Part shown: positions 27,901-46,277 of the stretch, in pieces
How positions within the stretch are numbered: the first letter of the stretch is position 1
Layout: every line of letters starts with the position of its first letter
Assembly: GCF_009914755.1 (NCBI RefSeq)
Contig: NC_060931.1
Origin: the human T2T-CHM13v2.0 reference genome, Homo sapiens
DNA: 64,000 bases
Direction: 5' to 3' (one strand)
Program-made: the position numbers and the translations under genes
Notes under the pieces: generated by a model
What the model saw: only the letters and a program-made list of their open reading frames with translations
Database searches by the model: none
Told to the model about the DNA's origin: nothing

Positions 27901-28433
27901 AAAGGGAAATAATATAACATGTTACTAGTGCCAAATCAGTGCCGTGCATAGGATAGATTGAGTGGAGAGAAACTGAAGTTTGGCTATGTATATTTATATA
28001 TAATTTGTTTCCTTCCTGCAAGAAGACAGGAAGCAGTTTACTGCCTGACTTCACTTCCCATTTTGCAGTGGTAAGGTAGTATAGAAGGCAATTTAAGTTG
28101 TCTTCCCTCTAAGTCAGAGTAAAACGAAAGCACAAATTTATGTTTCCAGTCTACTCTCCTTTCCATCACAATTTGTGCATATAAAAATAATTTCCAACAA
28201 TAACAGTCTGCAGTTAAGTTTTACACATAGCCGTTTATATTTTAATCGCAAAGCACCAGAAAAAATGCCTAAGAGAACATTCTGTTTCAAAAGGAAAATG
28301 CTTTTAACCTACTTTATAAAAGTCAACATATTCCAGATCTTTCCTGCTCATCTTTGCTAGTCTCTGATATCCACACGCATAATTCTAAAGTAACTATTAA
28401 AATGCATTTATCTTCTTGCAAATAACTGTATAA

Positions 28434-28877
<444 letters not shown>

Positions 28878-30332
28878 TAAAGTCAATTGGACAACAACTG
28901 TTGTTAAAATGGTTAAAATAGATAACATGATTATTTTAAATTAAAAAGAATTTTGTTTAAAAAAAACATGAAAAATATGTCAAAATGTTGCTTTTGTGGT
29001 ATGTTAAACATTCTTTAAGAAAAAAGAAAATCAAAGAAATGAAGTCAAAACAAAAAGAGTGTGCCTGAGAGGTCATTCAAGGGCTTGCTATATCAGATTC
29101 CCTTTTTAAGGGAACTACCCCAGCCAGTGGACCCAGCTGAGGCAGCAACCTGAGCCATGATCTATACCATACAACCCCCTTCATGAACTGTATAACCCAA
29201 GGGCAGCCAACCTCAAGAGGTGACCTGACATGAACACCCACTCTCTTTCAAGAATTTGAACTGGAAATAGGAAGAGAAAATCACGTGGTGGAAGCAGAAG
29301 CTAAAAAATCAGTCAGTAGAAAGAAGCCCTGAGAAGCTATAAAAAGGGCACGTTTTCAGTAAACTGAAGCCATTAGGTAGCGTCAAGACGTATAAAGTGG
29401 ATGGTGAAGTAATAGGTAACAAAGGAGTGGCAGAAGTAGAGACAATGGAATGAGTCACGGTAACAAAGATGGGGATCAATGAGGTCCTGTTGTGGAAAGG
29501 ACAATGAGATAATCCATTTCCTGCAGCTGCACTGAATTGCTCCAGTTCCCAGTGTTTGCATTCAACATCTGTGAGTTCCAACTGCAGCTGTTCCCAGAGT
29601 CCCCGAAATTCCCATCTCCATCACCTATTCTAAGTAAATCATTGTGTCTTTCACCCCTGTGTAAACCAATACGTAGACTTCCAGAATCATGCATTCAGTG
29701 AAAGAAGCTGGACCAATTGCATTTTGTGAAGAGAATTTTGGTTTTTCTAGGAGTAACATCTCTCAAAAGAAGAAAACATTCTTCACATCTTAAACAACAA
29801 GACATAAATTAAAACTTTATAATGTTATATTTTAAGGGGAAAAACGTCTCCTTTCTCTTGTCTTTTAATAGCTGCACCAACCTGGTTCATATTTACGAGT
29901 AGGTCATATAGATAGGAGTGGAAAACATAATGACTAACTGCTACCCTCACATGACTGGAAATGAAAAATATCCACATTTATCTTCTAAGACATTTTATTA
30001 ACCAATGTCTTCTAGAAGAATTCCTGTCAGGAGAGGATTATTATGCAGCTTTTATATATCATGTTTTTGAAAAATATTTGATGACATGGGAAAAAGACAT
30101 TTCTTTCATCATGTTAGATGAAACAGATGGTTACAAACTGCACAGTATATGACATGGTCACTATCTGGCAAGTGTTCATGTCAGGAGGATATATCAGCAA
30201 CATATAAGCATGGAGAAATCATAAGTGAATTTTATCTTCTTCTTCATACATGTTTTCAAATTACCAAATGTTCTACAATAAACAAGTGTTGGTTTTATTA
30301 AAAAAAAAAAAAAAACAAAAAAACAGAAGTGT

Positions 30333-30640
<308 letters not shown>

Positions 30641-32169
30641 TTATTTCTTTAGATGAAGACACAGCAGACTGTGCCTTGCTTATTGTTAATTCTGCCTAAG
30701 TGAACCTCAGTTAAACATTCTTCCTTTCACTTTTAGCTAATGCATTATTCAAAATTCTTTAAAATGTTCTCATAAATTCCACAGAGAAGCTCTGGTTATT
30801 GCTGACAAGCAAAAGACCTTGCTAATGAGTATTTAGTATAGAAGCATGAACTTGTATACAGATTTTCTCTGACAAATGGTGGCCCAGCGAACAGAAAATA
30901 ACATGGGGAAAATACATAGGTAAATATGATAAACTGACTCCCGCAGAAGAAGTTGAACTTTTTTTGTCATCTTTGGACCCCCTGCAATAGTATAGTGCTT
31001 GGCCAATGGAGGACCTTCAAAAAGACAGGTTAAAGGAGCACATGAAAAGATGGCCATTTTCCTCCTCCATCTTATATTGGTTGGGTTTGAATCTTTTTCA
31101 GGTTTACACACCTGTCCCCAAGCATACAGGCCAAGGATTGGAAAATGTGACTTCTCCCGTTTCTGACCACTGGCTGCATTCATTAGATGCAGTTTAACAC
31201 TTCATTGTGTATCACCTTTTATCTTTCCAAAATCATTTCCCATGTATTAACCCCTCACCCAGAGAGCAGAGGCAGCAATCAAGGCACACACTTCCTTGGT
31301 TCCTTTGCTAAGTGGTTCCCACAAAGGAATTCAACAAGCACAAGCACTGGATGAAGGGAGGGTGAGTTTGGGAACTCGGCCCAGCTGCAAGAGGAGGGAT
31401 GAAATGCCAGAAAGAGGCATACCCCCAAAAAGTTTTGCCAGCTGACTCTCGCTGGTTTGTAACTCTGTGCTAAGGGAGTCCAATGTATGAGTAATACTTC
31501 CATTTTTTCAATTCTGTTCTCATTTACTTAGTCATCAGCACCACACCCTGATACTTATGCCAAAAAAAAAAAAATTCAGCAAGCGAGTACATCATCAAAG
31601 TTCAATAAGAACAAGTGTGGCTTCCATTTCCTCTACCACCATGTGGAAGTGACCCATCCCATTATCAAAACCCCTGTTATGCTGGCAGAGGCAAAGCACT
31701 TATTCTCTCATCTTCTCTGCTTACCTGAAGCAAGTCCTCAGCATAGACATGTCTAGGGCCAGCTACCCTGTCATTGAAAGGGCATCATCCAAAAAACCTC
31801 TACCCCTGTGGGTTGGACCATGATACTAACCTTTAAAGCACTCTTGAGGGTGTTTTTCAAAGTTGAGTTGCACCAGGATGAGAAGTCACATTAGTCATCA
31901 GCAACTTAGCTAAGATTAATTGGTTAGGTCCCTAAGAAAGTGTGGGGCTTTAGGGGAAAAAAATGGGGAGGGCAGTGGGAGGAAATGTAGATATCTGAGC
32001 CTGGAAGAGTATCCAGGGAGGACTCAATCTCTGGGGACCATGAACAGTAAGACACAACCAAGGCTGAGAAGAATCAAAGCAACTGTTGAAGGAAATAAGA
32101 TGAATCTAAAGGGTCAAAGGGGGCAGACTATGTTGACCTGGATCAGTCCTACAAGCTCTGCAACTGGAA

Positions 32170-32930
32170 CTTTTGTAAAAAAAACATTGAAGTATAATAT
32201 ACATATAGGAAAGTAGAGACAACAAAAATATGATTAGTTCAGTGGATTTTTACAGGCAAACACTGCAACCAGGTCAAGAAAAAGAATATTGATGCAATCC
32301 AGAAGCTCCCTTGGACCGCCTGCCAATCATCACCCTGTCTCTTATTCTCAAAGACAACATCTGTTTTGACTCATGATGGTTTAGTTCATCTATGCCTGCT
32401 AAATTTCATGTAAGTGGAATCATATGGGATATATGCTTGTGTGTCTGGTTTTTTTCTATCAAGTTTGTGTTTGTGAAGTCCATCTATATTTCTTATTGGA
32501 ATTGTAGTGTGTTCATTTTCATTACTGATAGGTATTCTACTATATGAATATGCCATGATTTGTTTGACAGTCCTACAGCTGATGGATATTTGGGTTCTTT
32601 TCAGTTGAGACTATTACGAAGAATGCCGTTTGGAGTATTCTTGTACGTGCCTCTTGGTGCACATCTACATACTCTTCTGTGGTATATATCCAGGAGGGGT
32701 ATTGTTGGGAAGAAGGTAGGCATATGCTCTCCTTTATATAATACAGCCAAATGACTTTCCAAAGTAATTGTATCACTTACACACCCACCAGTGGAATATG
32801 AGAGTTCCAGTTGCTCCACATCCTTGCCAATATTTGTATTATCAGTCTTTTAAATTCTAGCTATTCTGGTGGGTGTGTAGTGCTATCTCATTGTGGCTTT
32901 AATTTGCATTTCCCTGATGACTCACACAGA
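32170..32930 (-). mobile_element. L1M 3' fragment
   Basis: gatggatatttgggttcttt, gagagttccagttgctccacatccttgccaa, atttgcatttccctgatgact. Confidence 0.85.
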
Positions 32931-35900
32931 TTTTTTCGTGCTCTGCAATTTTAAAGCAACTCTGCATGTCTGTTTCATTGCAAATCGTTCCTCAGCTGTA
33001 TTGAGATTTAAAATCAACAACCATTTATTAAGTCCCTACCGTGAGTCAGTCTACATACGTTAGATGCCTCCATGTGCCCGGCCTGAAGGTGGTGGTGAGA
33101 GAGTTTTTTTCTGGACTAAGTGGTTTCTGGTCAGTCCTGCTGGTTTCGCTCTAGGATATATTATCACTGACATTGTGGAGAGAGCACTTCCGGGAAGAGA
33201 ATGTCCCAGCAGGGCTGGGGGCAGAGGGCAGGAATGGGGTTGAGTGTAGAGAATGAAAACCAGCTGGATTTTCAAGCTTTCTGGCTTAAGAATAGTTGAT
33301 GACAGTTTCTACAACTACATAATTTAACCTATCAGCCATAAAATAGGATAATGTTTAATACTGCTACAGATAACACTAGTCCTTATAAACAAGGGAAAAG
33401 TGAACTATAACAGTTGTTTGATGATACTATGAAATAAAAATCTCCCAGAAAGATCTTTCTCTGAATAACTCATAGAAAAAACAGTTTCTCTGAAAATGTG
33501 GATGAACCTCTGGTAACATGATGATTGTTGAGGGACAATGACAGGTTTACTTAACCTCAAATCCCATCTGTCAGAGTTTTGTCCAAAGACGCAACAGCGG
33601 CCAATGGGAAGCTCCTTCTGTTTTAGAAAAAGAGGCTCTGAATTGCCTTCCTGTGCATCCTAACCAAGAGGGGATGCTAGGTGGGTGTTCCCTTGCTGCC
33701 TGCATTACAGACTGACTGGAGTATATGAACATTCCATCACAGGGTCTATTTATCACACTGAGACATTGTAAATGTGGAGAGAGTAGCCAAGAGTGAGAAA
33801 ATGGGGCAAGTACTTGGGAAGGGTAACACATTACACACTAAGTAGCCACCCTGAACAGTTAGATATCAGAACCCCTGCAGAAATCTCACTGAAAGGGAAA
33901 CCCTAAAGGATAGTTAAGCCTCAACTGAGCAGAGGGCCAAGGACAGTCTGAAATGTGGGACCACATTCAATGAAGCCTCATTCAAAAGGAAAGAGAGTGG
34001 CTCCAGGCTAAGCCAGGGCTTAGAGATGGAAGGGGAAGAAGGAACCTTGGAAGAAGGTGTGGGTATGAGGTCACTTAAAAGAAAGGTCAATCAATTCCCA
34101 GTTTCCCCAAGGCTGGCCCTGAAGCATGGAAACCTTAAGTGCCCTACATTCCTCAGGTGGCCCAAGCCACCACTAACCCTAGTAGAACCTAATTTTGGCC
34201 ACCTCCATCACCTATTGAGATTGCCACACGGAATACCTGTGGCATAGTTGGATGGATCAAGCTGACCTCTCCTGGTGAGCCAGTTCTTCAGATCCATCCA
34301 GCTCAGCCAATGAGATATAGCCAGGCTTTAATATAAGCCTGCTTTTATTCCTGTGCAATTTGCGCCTTGTGTTTGCAGAAACTGAGAATGTTTTCCTTAT
34401 TCGGATGAATAGCCTAGTGTTGGCAGCCTATGTGTGCCTGCAGAGGAAATCTTCATCCCTCTTTTTCCTTGCCTAGGAGATACCAGAGATCTGAGCAAGT
34501 GGAATTTTGAGGCTGAAGTAAGATAATGAGAAGACCCAGAGAAATTATAAAAGATGCAGAGTGAGAGAATGGAAAGAGCCTTGAACCAGAAGTCAGGCTT
34601 GAGCTGAAAGCTCACATCGCTCTTGTAAGATGTGTGTTCTCAGTTTTCTTATCTGTAAAATGAAGGGACTGAACTCTGATCTGAAAGTAAAATGTTCTGT
34701 TCATTGAGCATAGGGGGCTTGTTCAAAGTTGTTACCCGTTGTTACCCAGTGTGACAAAGGAGGCCTGGTTATTCTTCGTTTCCTCCTGAGATCCTCACTT
34801 GCTCTGGTACCTGAGATTCTCTCCTCCTCACTCTGTTGCTCTGCATCTCCTGCATCATAGCTAAATGTCTATTATAGATATCCCAAATGTGACTAGAAAT
34901 GTCTGTGAGGTCTGACTAGAAATGTCTATGAGGTTCAACTAGATATGTTGAAGATGTGAAAGGTTGGCAGAAAGGTGATGAGTTTGCAGTAGTGGAGAAT
35001 AAAACCCTGAGATTTCAGAGCATGAAAGAGCTTAGAAGGGGAAGGAGAAATGACAAACTTTTAAAAGCAAAAATAGCTTGGATGAGCCCTTTCCTGAAGT
35101 GTGTACCATGAAGCCCTGACACTGTAAGCCCCTCCCATGGGGCTCGGTAGGTGCAGAGGTTATGGTCAAATAAGTTTGAGAAATAGTGCAAAATGTGCCT
35201 CCTTCTCGGAGTTCCCCAAAGCTTATTAAAGGCACTGAGAACTTCTGTAGCAAGAATCCTGTTTAATGGTTGAACTCCCATGTTTCTTCCTCAAAATTTT
35301 AGCCATGACAACTTTTAAAATAACATCTATTATCATTATCTTGTTGAAATTACAAAGAATACCCTTTGAGAAACACAGTATATCATGCTGGGAGCAGAAA
35401 CTCGGGAAATAAAAAGGAGGGAAACATGATTCCTATCTTCTTCATCTCCTATGTCCTGGGCAATATGACTCTTGCCCTGGAATCCAAAATTAGACTGCTC
35501 TTCTTTTTCACCCCGATGAACATACTAGCAGAAAATGTTCTATAGAACATTCTGACAGAGCAGACTGGCAAATGTTAGGTGTTCCAAAAATATATGTTGA
35601 ATGAATTAATGATCGAATGAAACAAAAGTTACCCTGAACCAGTTAGCACAATATCTGAAGCAGAGCCAAGTAGCAACAAATGCTGTTACTACTACACACC
35701 CTGTTCTTTGGTGTAGGGGAAACAGAAAAGCTCAAACTGTTATTTGTCCCCTTCCAAATGACTTAAAGATTTAGATCAGCTCTGTCCTCAGGTAATATAT
35801 ATTTTCTGAAAGAGAACCAAATACTTATGCCACAATAAAATGACCTTTACACAGAGAAGCCTTAAATGGAATTGTATCAGAATCGTAGACAAAAATGTTG

Positions 35901-36422
35901 TTTGCTTACAGTCATAAACAATGAATCTCGTGTTTCTATGAGAAAGAAATGGACTGGGTAAATATATATATATATTCCAGTTCTGTGATGTTAGGAGGAG
36001 GACCTAGTATGTTATTTGAGCATTTTTTTCCTTTTAATATCCTTACCATAGTTGCAGCTATTTACAGTAACAATATGTTAACATAAAGGAGTTGGATTAA
36101 CTTATTTACTCCTACTTATATTTATAAAACAGAATAGAGGCTCTAAAAAACTGGCAATAGTTAAGATTATGTGGATCAACTGACATAAAATGAATTTATC
36201 TTGTCTAAGAATTTCAAGTGTTTCCTAATTTAGTAATATTCTGAAGTATGTTTCTCACTGACAACTGCTCACTAATCACAGTGAATCTTTTGAAAGACAA
36301 TTGTTTTTCCTGCCCACAGTAAATCAAGAAAACACTAAGAATAGGGCTGTGCTTTTATTGAGCACTTTCTGTGAGGTAAAGCACAGAAATAGATTCGTAT
36401 TTAAGTGTGTATTATCTCATTA

Positions 36423-36680
<258 letters not shown>

Positions 36681-36769
36681 CTATTTGGATGAAAAAAAGC
36701 TGGCATTAAGTTAAAATATTTCTTATTTTCAAATACACGTTTTCATTTTATTGTCTTAGGAATTTACCT

Positions 36770-37140
36770 GACTTTAGGTAGTTAAGTGTGGCCAAAATAA
36801 CAGAAGTTCTGATTTGATCTAGCTTAAACTAGGACATTTGCACAACCTCTCATACCAGAAGGTACAGAGGAAGATCAAGCCTCCGGCTTAGCTGATTCAC
36901 TGGCTCAATGATGTAATCAAACACTTGGGCTCTATCCATCTCTCTGCTCTTCCATCTACGGTGCTGGCTTTTGACCGAAGCTAGTTCTCTCCTCATGGTG
37001 ATAAGATGGCCAATTGCAAGGACTGGAGCAATATTGTTCACTATTCACCTACAACACGAGAGAGGAAATCCTCCCACCAAGGAACATAAATCTTTGCCTT
37101 TAGTCTGACTGGGCCAACTTACTACACTTGCCTGTCCCTA
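36770..37140 (-). mobile_element. Old MaLR LTR (MLT1J/K-like)
   Basis: ggctcaatgatgtaatcaa...ctccatc...tcatggtgataagatggc pattern. Confidence 0.5.
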
Positions 37141-37169
37141 GAACAGGGAGCTGCCACTGATGGTCCTAA

Positions 37170-37336
37170 ACCCGTGATTCTCAAAACAGGGTCCTCAGAG
37201 CGGCAGTTTAAGCTGCTGGGAACCTGGAAACCTGTTAGAAATGAACATCTACAGAGTCAGAAATGCTGAGGGTGGGGTCCAGCAATCTGAGTTTTAACAA
37301 GTCCTCCATATATTGTATAGTCTGAGGACTACTGTT
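37170..37336. mobile_element. MER5A DNA transposon
   Basis: gtgattctcaaa...gttagaaatg...cagcaatctgagttttaacaag...gtctgaggactactg. Confidence 0.75.
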
Positions 37337-37541
37337 TTAGGCTAAACAGAATTTACTTCTAGAGATGGGGAAGGAGAGGATACATGGAGAAAATTGAGGT
37401 TCTGTTAGAAAGGAAGAAGGAGAAGTTATGTTTATTGAGCTCATAACAGTGTTCACATCCTGGATTTTTCAAGAATAGTATTAGTTTCAAATATTCTGTT
37501 TCATGTGGTTCACAAAACATGGCCATTAAGTTGACTATCTC

Positions 37542-37858
37542 GGCTGGGCACGGTGGCTCACACCTGTAATTCCAACATTCTGGGAGGCCAAGGTGGGCAG
37601 ATCATCTAAGGTTGGGAGTTTGAGACCAGCCTGATCAACATGGAGAAACACTGTCTCTACTAAAAATACAAAATTAGCTAGGCAAGGTGGCTCATGCCTG
37701 TAATCCCAGCTACTCTGGAAGGCTGAGGCAGGAGAATCACTTGAATCTGGGAGGCAGAGGTTGCTGTGAGCCGAGATCACGCCAATGCACTCCAGCCTGT
37801 GCAACAAGAGCGAAACTTGGTCTCAAAAAACAAAAAGGAAGAAAGAAAAGAAAAAAAG
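37542..37858 (+). mobile_element. AluS (Sp-like)
   Basis: Full dimer; TSD tgactatctc. Confidence 0.95.
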
Positions 37859-37899
37859 ATGACTATCTCAAAAACTCTTGAAATCCTCCTGTGAAGCAC

Positions 37900-38640
37900 A
37901 ATGTCTTAGAAAGATAATGAGAATATGCCAGGACACAAAATAGCTGAATTCCAATTCTAGTTATGTCAGTGGTTCATCCTATGTCTTTGAGAAATTCACT
38001 TAGACTCTCTGGACCTCAGCTTTTATTTCATAAGAGTGTTGGAACAGAGTGTTTAAATTTCTAAACATGAAAACAATTATAGCCAGCATTTATCATGCAC
38101 TTACTATGTGCCATGCTCTGTCAAATATTTTTTTCTCATCTTCTTTGTGATGGTATCTGCCAAAGATTTTATTTATCACTCTGTCATTTAATACTTAGAA
38201 TAGTTCCTGTGAAGGATATAACTTGCCCAAACTCAGTGGGCTGCTGAGTGAAGAATCTGGGACTCAGGTCTGTCTGACTCCCAAGTCCATTTACTTAGTC
38301 ATTACACTATACTGCAGCCCCCTCCCCAACCTCCATCAAACTCCAATTCTGTCATTCATTTGTTTTCATGTGGTTTCGTTCCTTATACCTTTTAGAAAAA
38401 AAGCAGTTTGGTGAAATTAAAGAATGTGAACTTTGAATTCAGCCTATAATTTGAATCTTGGCATCAATATTCCTCTGATTGATGACTTTGGGTAAGTTAG
38501 CTTCTCTGAAACTTTAATTTGTAATCCACAGAATAACATTTTTTACCTGGCATTAAAGGAGGATTAAAGGAGATAAAACATATAAAAATAATTTATATAG
38601 TGTGTGGACCACAATAGGTATTCAAAATATGTTCATTTCT
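37900..38640. mobile_element. Cluster of MIR fragments on both strands
   Basis: actctctggacctcag; taacttgcccaa..gggactcaggtctgtctgactcc; gactttgggtaagtta. Confidence 0.6.
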
Positions 38641-38784
38641 TCCCCTGCCTATTGCCCTATGGAAAATGTTATTTGATGCACAAGAGGGAAATATTTTGGA
38701 ACGTTTATTTGTTTCTCAAAATAGATATTTGCATTTATAAATGACCTTACTAAGTACCACTAGGAATGGAAAAATTCTGCCTGA

Positions 38785-39286
<502 letters not shown>

Positions 39287-39682
39287 AGAAGTGCCCATCT
39301 TAACCTGTGTTACTCTCAAAATGAAACAGTCTGTATGGGGTAAGGAGTCTGCTCTTCATTTTCACAGACCGTGCTCCCATGATGAAGGGGTACCAGCACC
39401 CACAGAGGGAGTTTCAGGAAAGCTATTTGATCCATAACAACAAAGGCCATGGTTCCCAAGGAAAGAATGCTCCCTTCAAAGCAGTTGCATCAAGGAGGAA
39501 AGAATTTTACCCTATGAACTCAGAAGAGTGTGTGTTCTAAATATTTCATGTTTCACATCCAGGGGTTTTGGTGGACTTTTTAGGACAATTTATTTTATGG
39601 TTCTATCATCATACCATTTCTAATGCTGAAAAGCAGGAAATTAGGAAACATCCATTTCAAATGCTTGAAAAGTAAGAAGTTC

Positions 39683-39985
39683 CAGCTGAGCACGGTGGCT
39701 CACACCTGTAATCCTAGGACTTTGGGAGTCTGAGGAGGGAGGATCATGAGCTCAGGAGTTCAATACCAGCCTGGCCAACATGGTGAAACCTCATCTCTAC
39801 TAAAAATACAAAAAAAAATTAGCCAGGCTTGGTGGCGGGTGCCTGTAATCCCAGCTACTAGAGAGGCAGAGGCAGGAGAGTTGCTTGTACCCAGGAGGTG
39901 GAGGTTGCAGAGACCATGCCATTGCACTCCAGCCTGGGCAACAGAGTGAGACTCCATCTCAAAAAAAAAAAAAAAAAGAAAAGAA
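39683..39985 (+). mobile_element. AluS
   Basis: Full dimer plus poly(A). Confidence 0.95.
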
Positions 39986-40072
39986 AGAAGCTCCTATTTT
40001 TTTATTTTAATGTTATAAAATTACTCTTATATTTCTATTACTCTTATGTCTTATATATTATATATAATATAA

Positions 40073-40382
<310 letters not shown>

Positions 40383-41506
40383 TAATATAGATTTTAATAT
40401 TATAGTTGGTTGTGGGCTATTAAATTTTGTCATCTTGAAGAATAACACACTTTGGAGTAAATTTACAATAAATGGTTTCTGAAGTTATTTAATGCTTATT
40501 CTTTCTTGCAACATTATTCAACAGAGTGGACATTTATGGCCTTGTGTTTTCCAATACCATGACCAATACCCTCTTATAGTCACATTTTGGAGCAAGTATT
40601 TAACATCAGATAATTTACCCGAAGGATAACACTTTAAAATTTTCTTTATTGTAACTAACAGCCAGTAATAGATCATGAAGATGAATGTATGTCATTATTT
40701 CTCTGGTTAATATAGACATAATTATAAATGTTTGTTTTATGATCTCTGTTAATCTGACACAACACCAGGAAGGCTGATGGCCATTTATCTTGTGTCTTCA
40801 TGAGCAAAGAAGAACATAAAATTGAGAAGATATCCCAAGATGCCATTATTTATAGACATTCTTAATAATTCAACTCTGTAATTATGCTACTTCCCTACAA
40901 TTTTTGTATGTTTATTTTATGTCCTTCTATATGTGTATTTATATAATATATAATTATTCTATTGCTACTGTATTGATATATGTTTTTAATTACTAGCAAC
41001 CAGAGCTGGGTTAATAACCAAGTATCTTGAGACTATGGGATGAAACGTAGGCACTAGGATTTTCTTAACACCCCCTAGGTGATTACGATGTGCAGCCAGG
41101 GTTGAGAATCACTCATCCAAAGGTTCTACCAACCACACTTGAACACATATATTTTTAACTTCACTGGGAATACCTGTTACTAGTAATACAGTATTATAGT
41201 ACACATAAGGCCTTACTGTTTGCTGCCCACCTGCTCCCTCTCCCCATGATTCCTCTTTAACTTCTCCTTGAGCAGAATATCCAAGATAGTGGTTTGCTGG
41301 CGCAAGCACACGTGTGCGTGTGTATGTGTGTGTGTTTAGCAGCAAAGCTTTCTGTTCTTTTTCCAAATGAAGTTTCCTTCAGAATAACAAATGACACCGA
41401 ACAAAGCCAACCCGACAGATCTGAAGTGGAGTGAAGAGGGCCTCAAGCCCCTCTGCTCTCCTATTCCTTCTCCATCATTATCGGAACCCCAGGCTTCCCA
41501 AAGCAC

Positions 41507-41857
<351 letters not shown>

Positions 41858-42094
41858 TAGAGAACGTCATTGTCTCACTGACTGGCTGCCAAGAGAAGTC
41901 ACATATCAAACGAGATGGAAAGGCCCCCAGAACAATCTGCTGAATTCATGCAACACTCAACTCCAGCCAGGAAGTCCTGGATCTACTTCCGCTCGCCCAT
42001 GACCATGCTATGAAACACCAATAACTGTGGAAATTTAGAAGAAGGCTCTCCTCCAACTCCCAGAGTGGCTAATTCTAAGCAGAGCCTTTTCTAC

Positions 42095-42712
<618 letters not shown>

Positions 42713-43159
42713 TAAGCAGAGCCTTTTCTAATGGTTGAAAAATGAAGCAAACTTTACAGTGTGCTCCCACTCTCTTATCTGCTGTACCCCTGTCTCCAAA
42801 TCAGGTCTCAACAAATATCTCAAGGGATCTGAAAAGGGATACCCAGTTATGAAAGGGCAACCTATGGCCTGAAAGGAATGTGTGGAGTGAAGGAGCATAG
42901 TTTTGACAACTTTGCTTTGGTGATTTTGGGAAGTGGTTGTGGGCAATTGGCATATGAATCTTGTTTTTTGTTGAAAACAAAACAAAAGAGGAAAAGGCTG
43001 GCTGATAGCTGGTTGTCTCTTTGGCCACCCCTGAGGCTCAACCACTGGTTTTTTTATGTACTGGGTCCCCATTCAGGGTCTGGAACTTTGATTCATCTTT
43101 GTGATCATCATACAAAAGAGAGCTTGGATGCAGGTGGCTAAAAGCTGCAGGATGCATAA

Positions 43160-43498
<339 letters not shown>

Positions 43499-44089
43499 AT
43501 GGGTAATTTTATTATTTTACAAGTCAGTAAACCGATGCTTAGAGAAGTTAACCAACTTGATCAAGGTCACACAGCGGTGGAGAAGAGATTCCACCCCATA
43601 CTTTTTGGGCTCCAGAGAACATAAGCTTTCCACTACGTTAGCTTATCCTGAGAGAAAGGGGTTTTGGTTGGAGGGTGAGGTAGAGAATGACCAATTTTGG
43701 AGAAGGTGTGAATTTGGAGTCGGACCAGTCCTAAATAAGTGTTCTAGAAGGGAACTCTAGGAAGACAGGGAAACATGGACCCCAGCCACAGTGGATCTGG
43801 GAAAGAACTAAAGGGAGAGGGAGGGCATTAGAGACAAGCATTACCTGCTTCAAAAACTTGAGCACCATTAAATGGATTTTGACATCCAGGCATGACTTGG
43901 TGTTGTGTAGAAAATAAATAGATGCAGCTCTTATATTTTTAATCATGTGACATTTTAATCTCATAGATCTACATTCAAATTCTGGGCTCATTAAGTCTTT
44001 AATTTGTTTTTGAAGCAGTTGTAATTGAAACGAACTGGGGTCCACTAGCCTGGCACAGTAAGGCCAAAAATCTATACCAAGGTTTGTAG

Positions 44090-44490
<401 letters not shown>

Positions 44491-45149
44491 ACAGGTTAAG
44501 AGTTTTTAAAGGCAGGGGTAAATTTCAGGAAACCAGAAGTTATAGGCAACAATTATAAATTAATATATGAAGGTTATATATTGGTTTGACATAAAAAGGA
44601 TAGAACATCTTGATGTGGGGGCTTACAGGTCCTAAGGAGATTTTAAGATTTTCTGATTTGCAATTAGTTAAGGAAAAGAAGCTCTATTTAAAATTTTGGG
44701 TCAACACCATGATTGTATATTTAGAAAACCCCATAGTCTCAGCCCAAAATCTCCTTAAGCTGACAAGCAACTTCAGCAAAGTCTCAGGATACAAAAAAAT
44801 CAATGTGCAAAAATCACAAGCATTCTTATACACCAATAATAGACAAACAGAGAGCCAAATCATTAGTGAACTCCCATTCATAACTGCTTCAAAGAGAATA
44901 AAATACCTAGGAATCCAACTTACAAGGGACGTGAAGGATCTCTTCAAGGAGAACTACAAACCACTGTTCAACGAAATAAAAGAGGATACAAACAAATAGA
45001 AGAACATTCCATGCTCATGGATAGGAAGAATCAATATTGTGAAAATGGCCATACTGTCCAAGGTAATTTAAAGATTCAATGCCATCCCCATCAAACTACC
45101 AATGACTTTCTTAACAGCATTGGAAAAAACTACTTTAAAGTTCATATAG

Positions 45150-46139
<990 letters not shown>

Positions 46140-46277
46140 TAGCCAAAGGATTATAAATCATGCTGCTATAAAGACACATACACATGTATGTTTATTGCAG
46201 CACTATTCACAATAGCAAAGACTTGGAACCACCCCAAATGTCCATCAATGATAGACTGGTTTAAGAAAATGTGGCAC

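Noticed and set aside
34890-34935. 23-bp tandem duplication tgactagaaatgtctRtgaggt
   Set aside because: Ordinary small slippage duplication with no wider structure.
44708-44745. Outer L1 truncation point lies within about 30 bp of the position where the LTR interrupts the inner L1
   Set aside because: The outer element has its own TSD, older diagnostics and an uninterrupted site, so it is not a duplication caused by the LTR; treated as coincidence.
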